Positions 1 to 12,685 of a DNA stretch of 64,000 bases are shown here, piece after piece (position 1 is the stretch's first letter; each line of letters starts with the position of its first letter). Source of the DNA: Nemertoderma westbladi (lineage: Eukaryota > Animalia > Xenacoelomorpha); the NCBI GenBank assembly GCA_032718475.1, contig JAUCBJ010004507.1, forward strand, positions 34,704 through 98,703. Direction: 5' to 3'. The notes under the pieces were generated by a model that saw only the letters and a list, made by a program, of their open reading frames with translations, was not told the DNA's origin and did not search any database. A program made the translations under genes and the position numbers.

Positions 1-2762
1 ATCACTGATTTTATATACCTACCTGTATCACTGATTTTATATACCTACCTGTATCACTGATTTTATATACCTACCTGTATCACTGATTTTATATACCTAC
101 CTGTATCACTGATTTTATATACCTACCTGTATCACTGATTTTATATATCTGCCTGTATCACTGATTTTATATACCTACCTGTATCACTGATTTTATATAC
201 CTACCTGTATCACTGATTTTATATACCTACCTGTATCACTGATTTTATATACCTACCTGTATCACTGATTTTATATACCTACCTGTATCACTGATTTTAT
301 ATACCAACCTGTATCACTGATTTTATATACCTACCTGTATCACTGATTTTATATACCTACCTGTATCACTGATTTTATATACCAACCTGTATCACTGATT
401 TTATATACCAACCTGTATCACTGATTTTATATACCAACCTGTATCACTGATTTTATATACCAACCTGTATCACTGATTTTATATACCAACCTGTATCACT
501 GATTTTATATACCTACCTGTATCACTGATTTTATATACCTACCTGTATCACTGATTTTATATATCTACCTGTATCACTGATTTTATGTACCTACCTGTAT
601 CACTGATTTTATATACCTACCTGTATCACTGATTTTATATACCTACCTGTATCACTGATTTTATATACCTACCTGTATCACTGATTTTATATATCTGCCT
701 GTATCACTGATTTTATATACCTACCTGTATCACTGATTTTATATACCTACCTGTATCACTGATTTTATATACCTACCTGTATCACTGATTTTATATACCT
801 ACCTGTATCACTGATTTTATATACCTACCTGTATCACTGATTTTATATACCTACCTGTATCACTGATTTTATATACCTACCTGTATCACTGATTTTATAT
901 ATCTGCCTGTATCACTGATTTTATATACCTACCTGTATCACTGATTTTATATACCTACCTGTATCACTGATTTTATATACCTACCTGTATCACTGATTTT
1001 ATATACCTACCTGTATCACTGATTTTATATACCTACCTGTATCACTGATTTTATATACCTACCTGTATCACTGATTTTATATACCTACCTGTATCACTGA
1101 TTTTATATACCTACCTGTATCACTGATTTTATATACCTACCTGTATCACTGATTTTATATACCTACCTGTATCACTGATTTTATATACCTACCTGTATCA
1201 CTGATTTTATATACCTACCTGTATCACTGATTTTATATACCTACCTGTATCACTGATTTTATATATCTGCCTGTATCACTGATTTTATATACCTACCTGT
1301 ATCACTGATTTTATATACCTACCTGTATCACTGATTTTATATACCTACCTGTATCACTGATTTTATATACCTACCTGTATCACTGATTTTATATACCTAC
1401 CTGTATCACTGATTTTATATACCTACCTGTATCACTGATTTTATATACCTACCTGTATCACTGATTTTATATACCAACCTGTATCACTGATTTTATATAC
1501 CAACCTGTATCACTGATTTTATATACCTACCTGTATCACTGATTTTATATACCAACCTGTATCACTGATTTTATATACCAACCTGTATCACTGATTTTAT
1601 ATACCTACCTGTATCACTGATTTTATATACCAACCTGTATCACTGATTTTATATACCAACCTGTATCACTGATTTTATATACTTACCTGTATCACTGATT
1701 TTATATACCTACCTGTATCACTGATTTTATATACCTACCTGTATCACTGATTTTATATACCTACCTGTATCACTGATTTTATATACCAACCTGTATCACT
1801 GATTTTATATACCAACCTGTATCACTGATTTTATATACCTACCTGTATCACTGATTTTATATACCTACCTGTATCACTGATTTTATATACCTACCTGTAT
1901 CACTGATTTTATATACCAACCTGTATCACTGATTTTATATACCAACCTGTATCACTGATTTTATATACCAACCTGTATCACTGATTTTATATACCTACCT
2001 GTATCACTGATTTTATGTACCTACCTGTATCACTGATTTTATATACCTACCTGTATCACTGATTTTATATACCTACCTGTATCACTGATTTTATATACCT
2101 ACCTGTATCACTGATTTTATATATCTGCCTGTATCACTGATTTTATATACCTACCTGTATCACTGATTTTATATACCTACCTGTATCACTGATTTTATAT
2201 ATCTGCCTGTATCACTGATTTTATATACCTACCTGTATCACTGATTTTATATACCTACCTGTATCACTGATTTTATATATCTGCCTGTATCACTGATTTT
2301 ATATATCTGCCTGTATCACTGATTTTATATACCTACCTGTATCACTGATTTTATATATCTGCCTGTATCACTGATTTTATATACCTACCTGTATCACTGA
2401 TTTTATATACCTACCTGTATCACTGATTTTATATACCTACCTGTATCACTGATTTTATATACCTACCTGTATCACTGATTTTATATACCTACCTGTATCA
2501 CTGATTTTATATATCTGCCTGTATCACTGATTTTATATACCTACCTGTATCACTGATTTTATATACCTACCTGTATCACTGATTTTATATACCTACCTGT
2601 ATCACTGATTTTATATATCTGCCTGTATCACTGATTTTATATACCTACCTGTATCACTGATTTTATATATCTGCCTGTATCACTGATTTTATATACCTAC
2701 CTGTATCACTGATTTTATATACCTACCTGTATCACTGATTTTATATACCTACCTGTATCACT
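1..2762. repeat. 26-bp minisatellite (ATCACTGATTTTATATACCTACCTGT)n, open at window start
   Basis: Direct 26-bp periodicity, with recurring variants ...ACCAACC... and ...ATCTGCC... Confidence 0.98.
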
Positions 2763-3834
2763 GTGTAATTGCTGTATTAATAAATAGTTCACACATGAAG
2801 ATCCAACTTCCAACTTGAACGTAAAACAACTCAGAACTCCCGAGTTATCACGAATGATATTGTACTTGCTTGGTTTGTAATAACTAACTAATACAACATG
2901 GGTAATTTTCAATGCTCTTCAAAGCTTCCCACCCCCTATCTTTGATATCGCGATTCAAATTTCTTGAGGATAATGGAATACCTGATGAGATAATTGCGCG
3001 TCGCTTAGTTATAGCTCCACAACATTATTTTCTACCAGTAGAACCTGTGCTGCTTGCTATAGGGCAGTTGCTGTAATTTAATAAAGTGGTAGATTGATTA
3101 TAAGACTTAAATTAAATAGTTATTGCTCAAAACTCAACACTATTTACTCACTTGTCTAACGTCCTGCATGTTATGTATAACCTCGCCTAATTAATATTTT
3201 TTGTTCAACTTAATGTTTAGGCTGGTAAATACAGTATATAAGTATGCTATTAGTAATAATCGCGTACAGCCAGCAGTGCGTTAGTGCAAACTGTTGGCCA
3301 TTATGATTGTCATTATATTGTTCTATTATTCTAACAATTTGGACTGTGAACTTTAGATGTTCCGGTATAACGTTTTTAAGCAGGTAGCTCTTGCTATTGA
3401 TTGAGGGACTTGGGTGTATTTCCTGTCACGACTTAGGGATATGGGTTCCCCTGTATATTACTTAACTATAATATATAATCTTTGTTAATTGGTTATGAAT
3501 TTTAAGTGCAGATCCTATTAGTTTGTGCTAAGAAAACAAAGTATTTCAGATATCCTGTATTCAAATTCAAAAGTGGTAATGGAAATGATTCAATGTGGGA
3601 TGATACCAAAAATGATACCATCAAAAAAATGATGAACATACCAAAGTGTCAGTTTATTAAGTGGTGTTGTTTATTTATTTAACCATTTATGTGTGTGAGA
3701 CACTACTAATTACTCAAGTACATATTTGATTCCATATGGCTATTAATTAATGAATTGGAGTTGAACTGATAATGCAAAACTGTAATATATGATGTTTTAA
3801 TATGATTTAGTTCAGAAATTGAAAAAATGAGGAA

Positions 3835-3924
3835 GCGCGTCACTGGGGATTGAACCAGCGCTATACGTACGTTTCGGCCACTCAGGCCTCATCAGAAGCG
3901 CTAACCAGTTCAGCCACGTGTCCC
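3835..3924 (-). mobile_element. tRNA-derived SINE-like head (Pol III A and B boxes) containing a hammerhead ribozyme
   Basis: Minus strand reads TGGCTGAACTGG (A box) ... GGTTCAATCCC (B box). D-arm-like GCTG/TAGC and T-arm-like CGCTGG/CCAGTG pairings are present, but no canonical anticodon arm or acceptor stem. Confidence 0.7.
3857..3902 (-). ncRNA. Minimal type I hammerhead ribozyme
   Basis: Minus strand AGCGCT-T-CTGATGA-GGCC-TGAGT-GGCC-GAA-ACGTACGT-A-T-AGCGCT gives an intact core (CUGAUGA, GAAA, GUA triplet), a 4-bp stem II, a palindromic short stem III and a 6-bp stem I with a U-U apposition next to the core. Confidence 0.85.
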
Positions 3925-4060
3925 TGACAATGGCTTGTTTATTTAGTCCACTTCTAAAACACTTAAACTTAAAACTACTTAAAAACACTTAAAAATATAA
4001 TTTTTACAATTACATTATAAGCTGAACTCAAATTCAACTAAGTGCAGCTTCATGAAAAAT

Positions 4061-7000
4061 AAGTTCGGTTACTGCGTTGTAATTAGTTCGGTTACTGTGT
4101 TGTAATTAGTTCGGTTACTGCGTTGTAATTAGTTCGGTTATTGTGTTGTAATTAGTTCGCTTACTGCGTTGTAATTAGTTCGCTTACTGCGTTGTAATTA
4201 GTTCGGTTACTGCGTTGTAATTAGTTCGGTTACTGCGTTGTAATTAGTTCGGTTACTGTGTTGTAATTAGTTCTGTTACTGCGTTGTAATTAGTTCGGTT
4301 ACTGCGTTGTAATTAGTTCGGTTACTGCGTTGTAATTAGTTCGGTTACTGCGTTGTAATTAGTTCTGTTACTGCGTTGTAATTAGTTCGGTTACTGCGTT
4401 GTAATTAGTTCGGTTACTGCGTTGTAATTAGTTCGGTTACTGCGTTGTAATTAGTTCGGTTACTGCGTTGTAATTAGTTCGGTTATTGTGTTGTAATTAG
4501 TTCGGTTACTGCGTTGTAATTAGTTCGGTTACTGCGTTGTAATTAGTTCGGTTATTGTGTTGTAATTAGTTCGCTTACTGCGTTGTAATTAGTTCGGTTA
4601 CTGCGTTGTAATTAGTTCGGTTACTGCGTTGTAATTAGTTCGGTTACTGTGTTGTAATTAGTTCGGTTACTGCGTTGTAATTAGTTCGGTTACTGCGTTG
4701 TAATTAGTTCGGTTACTGCGTTGTAATTAGTTCGGTTACTGCGTTGTAATTAGTTCTGTTACTGCGTTGTAATTAGTTCGGTTACTGCGTTGTAATTAGT
4801 TCGGTTACTGCGTTGTAATTAGTTCGGTTACTGCGTTGTAATTAGTTCGGTTACTGCGTTGTAATTAGTTCGGTTACTGCGTTGTAATTAGATCGGTTAC
4901 TGTGTTGTAATTAGTTCGGTTACTGCGTTGTAATTAGTTCGCTTACTGCGTTGTAATTAGTTCGGTTACTGCGTTGTAATTAGTTCGGTTACTGCGTTGT
5001 AATTAGTTCTGTTACTGCGTTGTAATTAGTTCGGTTACTGTGTTGTAATTAGTTCGGTTACTGTGTTGCAATTAGTTCGGTTACTGCGTTGTAATTAGTT
5101 CGGTTACTGTGTTGTAATTAGTTCGGTTACTGTGTTGTAATTAGTTCGGTTACTGCGTTGTAATTAGTTCTGTTACTGCGTTGTAATTAGTTCGGTTACT
5201 GCGTTGTAATTAGATCGGTTACTGTGTTGTAATTAGTTCGGTTACTGCGTTGTAATTAGTTCGGTTACTGCGTTGTAATTAGTTCGGTTACTGTGTTGTA
5301 ATTAGTTCGGTTACTGCGTTGTAATTAGTTCGGTTACTGCGTTGTAATTAGTTCGGTTACTGCGTTGTAATTAGTTCGGTTACTGCGTTGTAATTAGTTC
5401 GGTTACTGCGTTGTAATTAGTTCGGTTACTGTGTTGTAATTAGTTCGGTTACTGTGTTGTAATTAGTTCGGTTACTGCGTTGTAATTAGTTCTGTTACTG
5501 CGTTGTAATTAGTTCGGTTACTGCGTTGTAATTAGTTCGGTTACTGCGTTGTAATTAGTTCGGTTACTGCGTTGTAATTAGTTCGCTTACTGCGTTGTAA
5601 TTAGTTCGGTTACTGCGTTGTAATTAGTTCGGTTGCTGCGTTGTAATTAGTTCGGTTACTGCGTTGTAATTAGTTCGGTTACTGCGTTGTAATTAGTTCG
5701 GTTACTGCGTTGTAATTTGTTCGGTTGCTGCGTTGTAATTAGTTCGGTTGCTGCGTTGTAATTAGTTCGCTTACTGCGTTGTAATTAGTTCGGTTACTGC
5801 GTTGTAATTAGTTCGGTTACTGCGTTGTAATTAGTTCGGTTACTGCGTTGTAATTAGTTCGGTTACTGCGTTGTAATTAGTTCGGTTACTGCGTTGTAAT
5901 TAGTTCGGTTACTGCGTTGTAATTAGTTCGGTTACTGCGTTGTAATTAGTTCGCTTACTGCGTTGTAATTAGTTCGGTTACTGCGTTGTAATTAGTTCGG
6001 TTACTGCGTTGTAATTAGTTCGGTTACTGCGTTGTAATTAGTTCGGTTACTGCGTTGTAATTAGTTCTGTTACTGCGTTGTAATTAGTTCGGTTACTGTG
6101 TTGTAATTAGTTCGGTTACTGTGTTGCAATTAGTTCGGTTACTGCGTTGTAATTAGTTCGGTTACTGCGTTGTAATTAGTTCGGTTACTGTGTTGTAATT
6201 AGTTCGGTTACTGTGTTGTAATTAGTTCGGTTACTGCGTTGTAATTAGTTCTGTTACTGCGTTGTAATTAGTTCGGTTATTGCGTTGTAATTAGATCGGT
6301 TACTGTGTTGTAATTAGTTCGGTTACTGCGTTGTAATTAGTTCGGTTACTGCGTTGTAATTAGTTCGGTTACTGTGTTGTAATTAGTTCGGTTACTGTGT
6401 TGTAATTAGTTCGGTTACTGCGTTGTAATTAGTTCTGTTACTGCGTTGTAATTAGTTCGGTTACTGCGTTGTAATTAGATCGGTTACTGTGTTGTAATTA
6501 GTTCGGTTACTGCGTTGTAATTAGTTCGGTTACTGCGTTGTAATTAGTTCGGTTACTGCGTTGTAATTAGTTCGGTTACTGCGTTGTAATTAGTTCGGTT
6601 ACTGCGTTGTAATTAGTTCGGTTACTGCGTTGTAATTAGATCGGTTACTGCGTTGTAATTAGTTCGGTTACTGCGTTGTAAATAGTTAGGTTACTATGTT
6701 GTAATTAGTTCGGTTACTGTGTTGTAATTAGTTCGGTTACTGCGTTGTAATTAGTTCGGTTACTGCGTTGTAATTAGTTCGGTTACTGCATTGTAATTAG
6801 TTCGGTTACTGCATTGTAATTAGTTCGGTTACTGCGTTGTAAATAGTTCGGTTACTATGTTGTAATTAGTTCGGTTACTGTGTTGTAATTAGTTCGGTTA
6901 CTGCGTTGTAATTAGTTCGGTTACTGCGTTGTAATTAGTTCGGTTACTGCATTGTAATTAGTTCGGTTACTGCATTGTAATTAGTTCGGTTACTGCGTTG

Positions 7001-10000
7001 TAATTAGTTCGGTTACTGCGTTGTAATTAGTTCGCTTACTGCGTTGTAATTAGTTCGGTTACTGCATTGTAATTAGTTCGGTTACTGCGTTGTAATTAGT
7101 TCGGTTACTGCGTTGTAATTAGATCGGTTACTGTGTTGTAATTAGTTCGGTTACTGCGTTGTAATTAGTTCGGTTACTGCGTTGTAATTAGTTCGGTTAC
7201 TGTGTTGTAATTAGTTCGGTTACTGTGTTGTAATTAGTTCGGTTACTGTGTTGTAATTAGTTCGGTTACTGCGTTGTAATTAGTTCGGTTACTGCGTTGT
7301 AATTAGTTCGGTTACTGCGTTGTAATTAGTTCTGTTACTGCGTTGTAATTAGTTCGGTTACTGCGTTGTAATTAGTTCGGTTACTGCGTTGTAATTAGTT
7401 CGGTTACTGCGTTGTAATTAGTTCGGTTACTGCGTTGTAATTAGTTCGGTTACTGCGTTGTAATTAGTTCGGTTACTGCGTTGTAATTAGTTCGGTTACT
7501 GCGTTGTAATTAGTTCGGTTACTGCGTTGTAATTAGTTCGGTTACTGTGTTGTAATTAGTTCGGTTACTGCGTTGTAATTAGTTCGGTTACTGCGTTGTA
7601 ATTAGTTCTGTTACTGCGTTGTAATTAGTTCGGTTACTGCGTTGTAATTAGTTCGGTTACTGCGTTGTAATTAGTTCGGTTACTGCGTTGTAATTAGTTC
7701 GGTTACTGCGTTGTAATTAGTTCGACTACTGCGTTGTAATTAGTTCGGTTACTGCGTTGTAATTAATTCGGTTACTGCGTTGTAATTAGTTCGGTTACTT
7801 TATTGTAATTAGTTCGGTTACTGTGTTGTAATTAGTTCGGTTACTACGTTGTAATTAGTTCGGTTACTGCGTTGTAATTAGTTCGGTTACTGCGTTGTAA
7901 TTAGTTCTGTTACTGCGTTGTAAAACGTTCGGTTACTGCGTTGTAATTAGTTCAACTACTGCGTTGTAATTAGTTCGGTTACTGCGTTGTAATTAGTTCT
8001 GTTACTGCGTTGTAATTAGTTCGGTTACTGCGTTGTAATTAGTTCGGTTACTGCGTTGTAATTAGTTCGGTTACTGCGTTGTAATTAGTTCGGTTACTGC
8101 ATTGTAATTAGTTCGGTTACTGCATTGTAATTAGTTCGGTTACTGCGTTGTAATTAGTTCGGTTACTGCGTTGTAATTAGTTCGCTTACTGCGTTGTAAT
8201 TAGTTCGGTTACTGCGTTGTAATTAGTTCGGTTACTGCGTTGTAATTAGTTCGGTTACTGCGTTGTAATTAGTTCGGTTACTGCGTTGTAATTAGTTCGG
8301 TTACTGCGTTGTAATTAGTTCGGTTACTGCGTTGTAATTAGATCGGTTACTGTGTTGTAATTAGTTCGGTTACTGCGTTGTAATTAGTTCGGTTACTGCG
8401 TTGTAATTAGTTCGGTTACTGCGTTGTAATTAGTTCGGTTACTGCATTGTAATTAGTTCGGTTACTGCATTGTAATTAGTTCGGTTACTGCGTTGTAATT
8501 AGTTCGGTTACTGCGTTGTAATTAGTTCGGTTACTGCATTGTAATTAGTTCGGTTACTGCATTGTAATTAGTTCGGTTACTGCGTTGTAATTAGTTCGGT
8601 TACTGCGTTGTAATTAGTTCGGTTACTGCGTTGTAATTAGTTCGGTTACTGCGTTGTAATTAGTTCGGTTACTGCGTTGTAATTAGTTCGGTTACTGCGT
8701 TGTAATTAGTTCGGTTGCTGCGTTGTAATTAGTTCGGTTACTGCGTTGTAATTAGTTCGGTTACTGCGTTGTAATTAGTTCGGTTACTGCGTTGTAATTA
8801 GTTCGGTTACTGCGTTGTAATTAGTTCGGTTACTGTGTTGTATTAGTTCGGTTACTGCGTTGTAATTAGTTCGGTTACTGCGTTGTAATTAGTTCTGTTA
8901 CTGCGTTGTAATTAGTTCGGTTACTGCGTTGTAATTAGTTCGGTTACTGCGTTGTAATTAGTTCGGTTACTGCGTTGTAATTAGTTCGGTTACTGCGTTG
9001 TAATTAGTTCGACTACTGCGTTGTAATTAGTTCGGTTACTGCGTTGTAATTAATTCGGTTACTGCGTTGTAATTAGTTCGGTTACTTTATTGTAATTAGT
9101 TCGGTTACTGTGTTGTAATTAGTTCGGTTACTACGTTGTAATTAGTTCGGTTACTGCGTTGTAATTAGTTCGGTTACTGCGTTGTAATTAGTTCTGTTAC
9201 TGCGTTGTAAAACGTTCGGTTACTGCGTTGTAATTAGTTCAACTACTGCGTTGTAATTAGTTCTGTTACTGCGTTGTAATTAGTTCTGTTACTGCGTTGT
9301 AATTAGTTCGGTTACTGCGTTGTAAATAGTTCGGTTACTGCGTTGTAAATAGTTCGGTTACTGCGTTGTAATTAGTTCGGTTACTGCGTCGTAATTAGTT
9401 CGGTTACTGCGTTGTAATTAGTTCTGTTACTGCGTTGTAATTAGTTCTGTTACTGCGTTGTAATTAGTTCGGTTACTGCGTCGTAATTAGTTCGGTTACT
9501 GCGTTGTAATTAGTTCGGTTACTGTGTTGTATTAGTTCGGTTACTGCGTTGTAATTAGTTCGGTTACTGCGTTGTAATTAGTTCTGTTACTGCGTTGTAA
9601 TTAGTTCGGTTACTGCGTTGTAATTAGTTCGGTTACTGCGTTGTAATTAGTTCGGTTACTGCGTTGTAATTAGTTCGGTTACTGCGTTGTAATTAGTTCG
9701 ACTACTGCGTTGTAATTAGTTCGGTTACTGCGTTGTAATTAATTCGGTTACTGCGTTGTAATTAGTTCGGTTACTTTATTGTAATTAGTTCGGTTACTGT
9801 GTTGTAATTAGTTCGGTTACTACGTTGTAATTAGTTCGGTTACTGCGTTGTAATTAGTTCGGTTACTGCGTTGTAATTAGTTCTGTTACTGCGTTGTAAA
9901 ACGTTCGGTTACTGCGTTGTAATTAGTTCAACTACTGCGTTGTAATTAGTTCTGTTACTGCGTTGTAATTAGTTCTGTTACTGCGTTGTAATTAGTTCGG

Positions 10001-10148
10001 TTACTGCGTTGTAAATAGTTCGGTTACTGCGTTGTAAATAGTTCGGTTACTGCGTTGTAATTAGTTCGGTTACTGCGTCGTAATTAGTTCGGTTACTGCG
10101 TTGTAATTAGTTCTGTTACTGCGTTGTAAATAGTTCGGTTACTGCGTT
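4061..10148. repeat. 23-bp minisatellite (AGTTCGGTTACTGCGTTGTAATT)n
   Basis: Direct 23-bp periodicity over about 6.1 kb, with duplicated variant blocks. Confidence 0.98.
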
Positions 10149-10579
10149 GCGTTTCGGCAAAAAGTTGCGTTTCGTAAAAAGAGAAAAATAAATTTCTAGA
10201 TGTGTTGGATCAGGGTTGAATTCAATAATTAAAATTGGAGTGGTCTTCATGACAATAATATGCTAGGTATTAATAAGTACACAGTACTAATATTATTTTA
10301 TTTATTTGTGTGGAATTAATTTCGCACTTCAAATCGCCAGGGCGACATATTTCCTAACTTTATATCGCAGTGCGACATTATTTCTCAGTACGTCCCTACG
10401 CCATACATTTTACTATGTATGTCCAGTATATCTGGTATGTCACCTCGTCATTAATAGGCTTTTCTAGAAAGTTTAACTGCATAACTACAAATAATTCCCC
10501 ACAAATAATAAAATTAGATTCGCCATTGTTCATAATTATTATAACTTTTTGTTGGGCACAGCTTTGCAAAGTCGACAAT

Positions 10580-10653
10580 GACGTCCAGGTGGGATCGAAC
10601 TGGTGACCTCCGGGTTGGAAGTCTGACGTTCTAACCATTCAGCTAGTGGCTCA
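10580..10653 (-). pseudogene. Degenerate tRNA (Gly-TCC-like loop) or tRNA-derived SINE head
   Basis: Minus strand TAGCTGAATGG (A box), CTTCCAA loop, AGTTCGATCCC (B box). Anticodon and T stems are mispaired. Confidence 0.65.
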
Positions 10654-10889
10654 GGTAAAAGATAGACATGGAAATTCTACATGATACCTTGTACAGTATA
10701 TCCGCAATTTACATCATCATGGCCTCCCTCCCATCTGTCTATACCATCACTTGCTGCCACTGGGCTCAACCCTACTTTACTTGGCCGTCTTTAACCACTC
10801 GCTACAATGAAAGGGTAGTGTATATTAACCATGAACCATCACGGCCACAATGACTAATTAAACACTCTAACTACTAATTTAGTTTATGC

Positions 10890-11035
10890 ATTATTATTAT
10901 TTTTATATTTCTATAGCGCCAAATTTACATGAAAACACCCTGTGGTGCTGAAACTTATTTTCAACTCTTAAGTTTCGATTTAAAAAGTTCAAAGCCGTCC
11001 ACCTATTATTTCCGGTAATTCGTTCCTAAAACTAC
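10890..11035 (-). mobile_element. Decayed 3' end of a CR1/L2-group LINE
   Basis: Minus-strand remnants NELPEII...FKSKLK (frameshifted), typical of the CR1/L2 ORF2 C-terminus, then GCGCTATAGAAAT and an (AAT)n tail. Confidence 0.45.
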
Positions 11036-11291
11036 AATGAGAACATCACAGATGGCAGGGCAGTCCGCGTATATTTAAATCAAACCAAACCTAAGCAGTG
11101 AAACTATATCAAATTTGTGGGGCGAGTCAAAACTGCGAGCCAGGCCGTTTTCTAAAAGTCTCTGGGGGTTTGTGTGTGTATGAAGCCGTAATTGTCGGAA
11201 GCCAATATATATATAACTAGTCATAGTAAAATTATAATTGTTAGCTAAGATGGCTTGCAGCTTTTGCTGCACAAAGGCCCCACTCGTGTTA

Positions 11292-12254
11292 TTGTGGGGC
11301 GAGCGACGAAAGTAAGCGAGCTTAGCATACAGGTACCACTAACTCAATCGGTGTGTCTGTTGGTCTGTTGATCTGTTGTTCTGTCGATCTGTTGTGGGGC
11401 GAGCGACGAAAGTAAGCGAGCTTAGCATACAGGTACCACTAACTCAATCGGTGTGTCTGTTGTTCTGTCGATCTGTTGTTCTGTTGTGTCCAATTTTAAA
11501 CGTTAATAACTCAGCCAAATGTTAATGAAATTTAACCAAACTTGGTACACATAAAGTATGGCCAAAGTTTAGAAGTTTTTCAAGTTGAATTTTCGCGTGG
11601 CCTTCGAGAAGCTAAGATAATAGCAGTTAATTAGTTAATTAAGTTGATTAGGGTAAAAACATAAATTTCAACCTGCCCCCTTAAAGGATATGAATCATTT
11701 TCTAGTATAAGATTTAAATAATTATACTTAAAAGTTATACAGCTGTAATCCCCATACACCATTCCATTATAGTTTTTAATTAGTTCAAGAGATTTGCTTT
11801 ACGAAATGTATTTTTAATGGATCTAAACGTAATTAAATTAAGATGCATTCCATCACTCTATACTTCCAGTCTCATCATTCCTTGACATTCTTGATATTGC
11901 CTAGATGGGAAACATTCCAATCATCCTTCCACTGAGCTTATTGCTCTATCTTGCACAATGATTGGCTAAATTTAATGGTGATTCTTTAGATATTAGCTAA
12001 ATGATTTCGTTGAGGCATTGACATGATAAATTAATATTTCAGTATCAATACTATCGGCATAAGGTAAGGGGAACTTTCCTTTCTTCTTTGATTTATTCTT
12101 ATAGGCGGTTTGGTTAAATTTCTTATTTATTTATTTAGATTTCTTAAGTACCGATTTTGGGATAGAATTGCTCAATTGTAATCTGTATCTGATAACTGAG
12201 CCTCGTCCTGCGCGATGGCCCCACGAACGTGTTATTTGCAATTAAGGTAATATA
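11292..12254 (+). mobile_element. Non-autonomous Helentron/DINE-1-like element (HINE) with duplicated 100-bp head
   Basis: 5' subterminal GTGGGGC (11294, again at 11394), TCTGTT-type microsatellite, AACCAAACTTGG core motif, 3' GCCCCAC at 12218 followed by a weak hairpin. The same termini recur elsewhere in the window. Confidence 0.65.
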
Positions 12255-12320
12255 TCAGTACAAACTAAACTTCATATTGACGCCACCGGCCCCTTTTACT
12301 TTCCTGCAATGGGAACAGGC

Positions 12321-12416
12321 GCGATTTTGCCGAAACGCATCTTTTGCCGAAACGCAACTTTTTTTGCCGAAACGCGACTTTTTGCCGAATCGCGATTTTT
12401 CTTGCAGAATCGCGAT
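12321..12416. repeat. Short array of TTTTGCCGAAACGC repeats, inverted relative to 10147-10175
   Basis: The reverse complement of TTGCGTTTCGGCAAAAAGTTGCGTTTCG (10147) matches 12348-12378. Confidence 0.75.
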
Positions 12417-12685
12417 GTCACCATTTCGTCACTGTTGAAAGCCCCCCTGAGTGAATAAAAATTCACAAACTCTGGAATGTGTGTGCAGGTATCAATCAGT
12501 AAGAAAATATTATAAACAATAATACGAGATGGCTGAAGGTTTTAATTTCAGACATTTCTAAAATGTTTTCATTTTTGCCCACTAGAGGTAGACTGGAGAA
12601 CTGCGGTTGGATTACCGTCCCAACAAAGACACACAGTCCATGGTAGATCTGCCAAGTTTCATCTTGAACCGAAAATAAATAATGA

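Noticed and set aside
2981-3010. CTGATGAG on the plus strand as a second hammerhead
   Set aside because: No stem II or GAAA follows.
3200-3450. Possible CR1-type RT relic (LRDLGV)
   Set aside because: Only one short motif with no sustained frame, so it is too degraded to support.
10580-10653. Functional tRNA-Gly
   Set aside because: The acceptor, anticodon and T stems do not pair properly.
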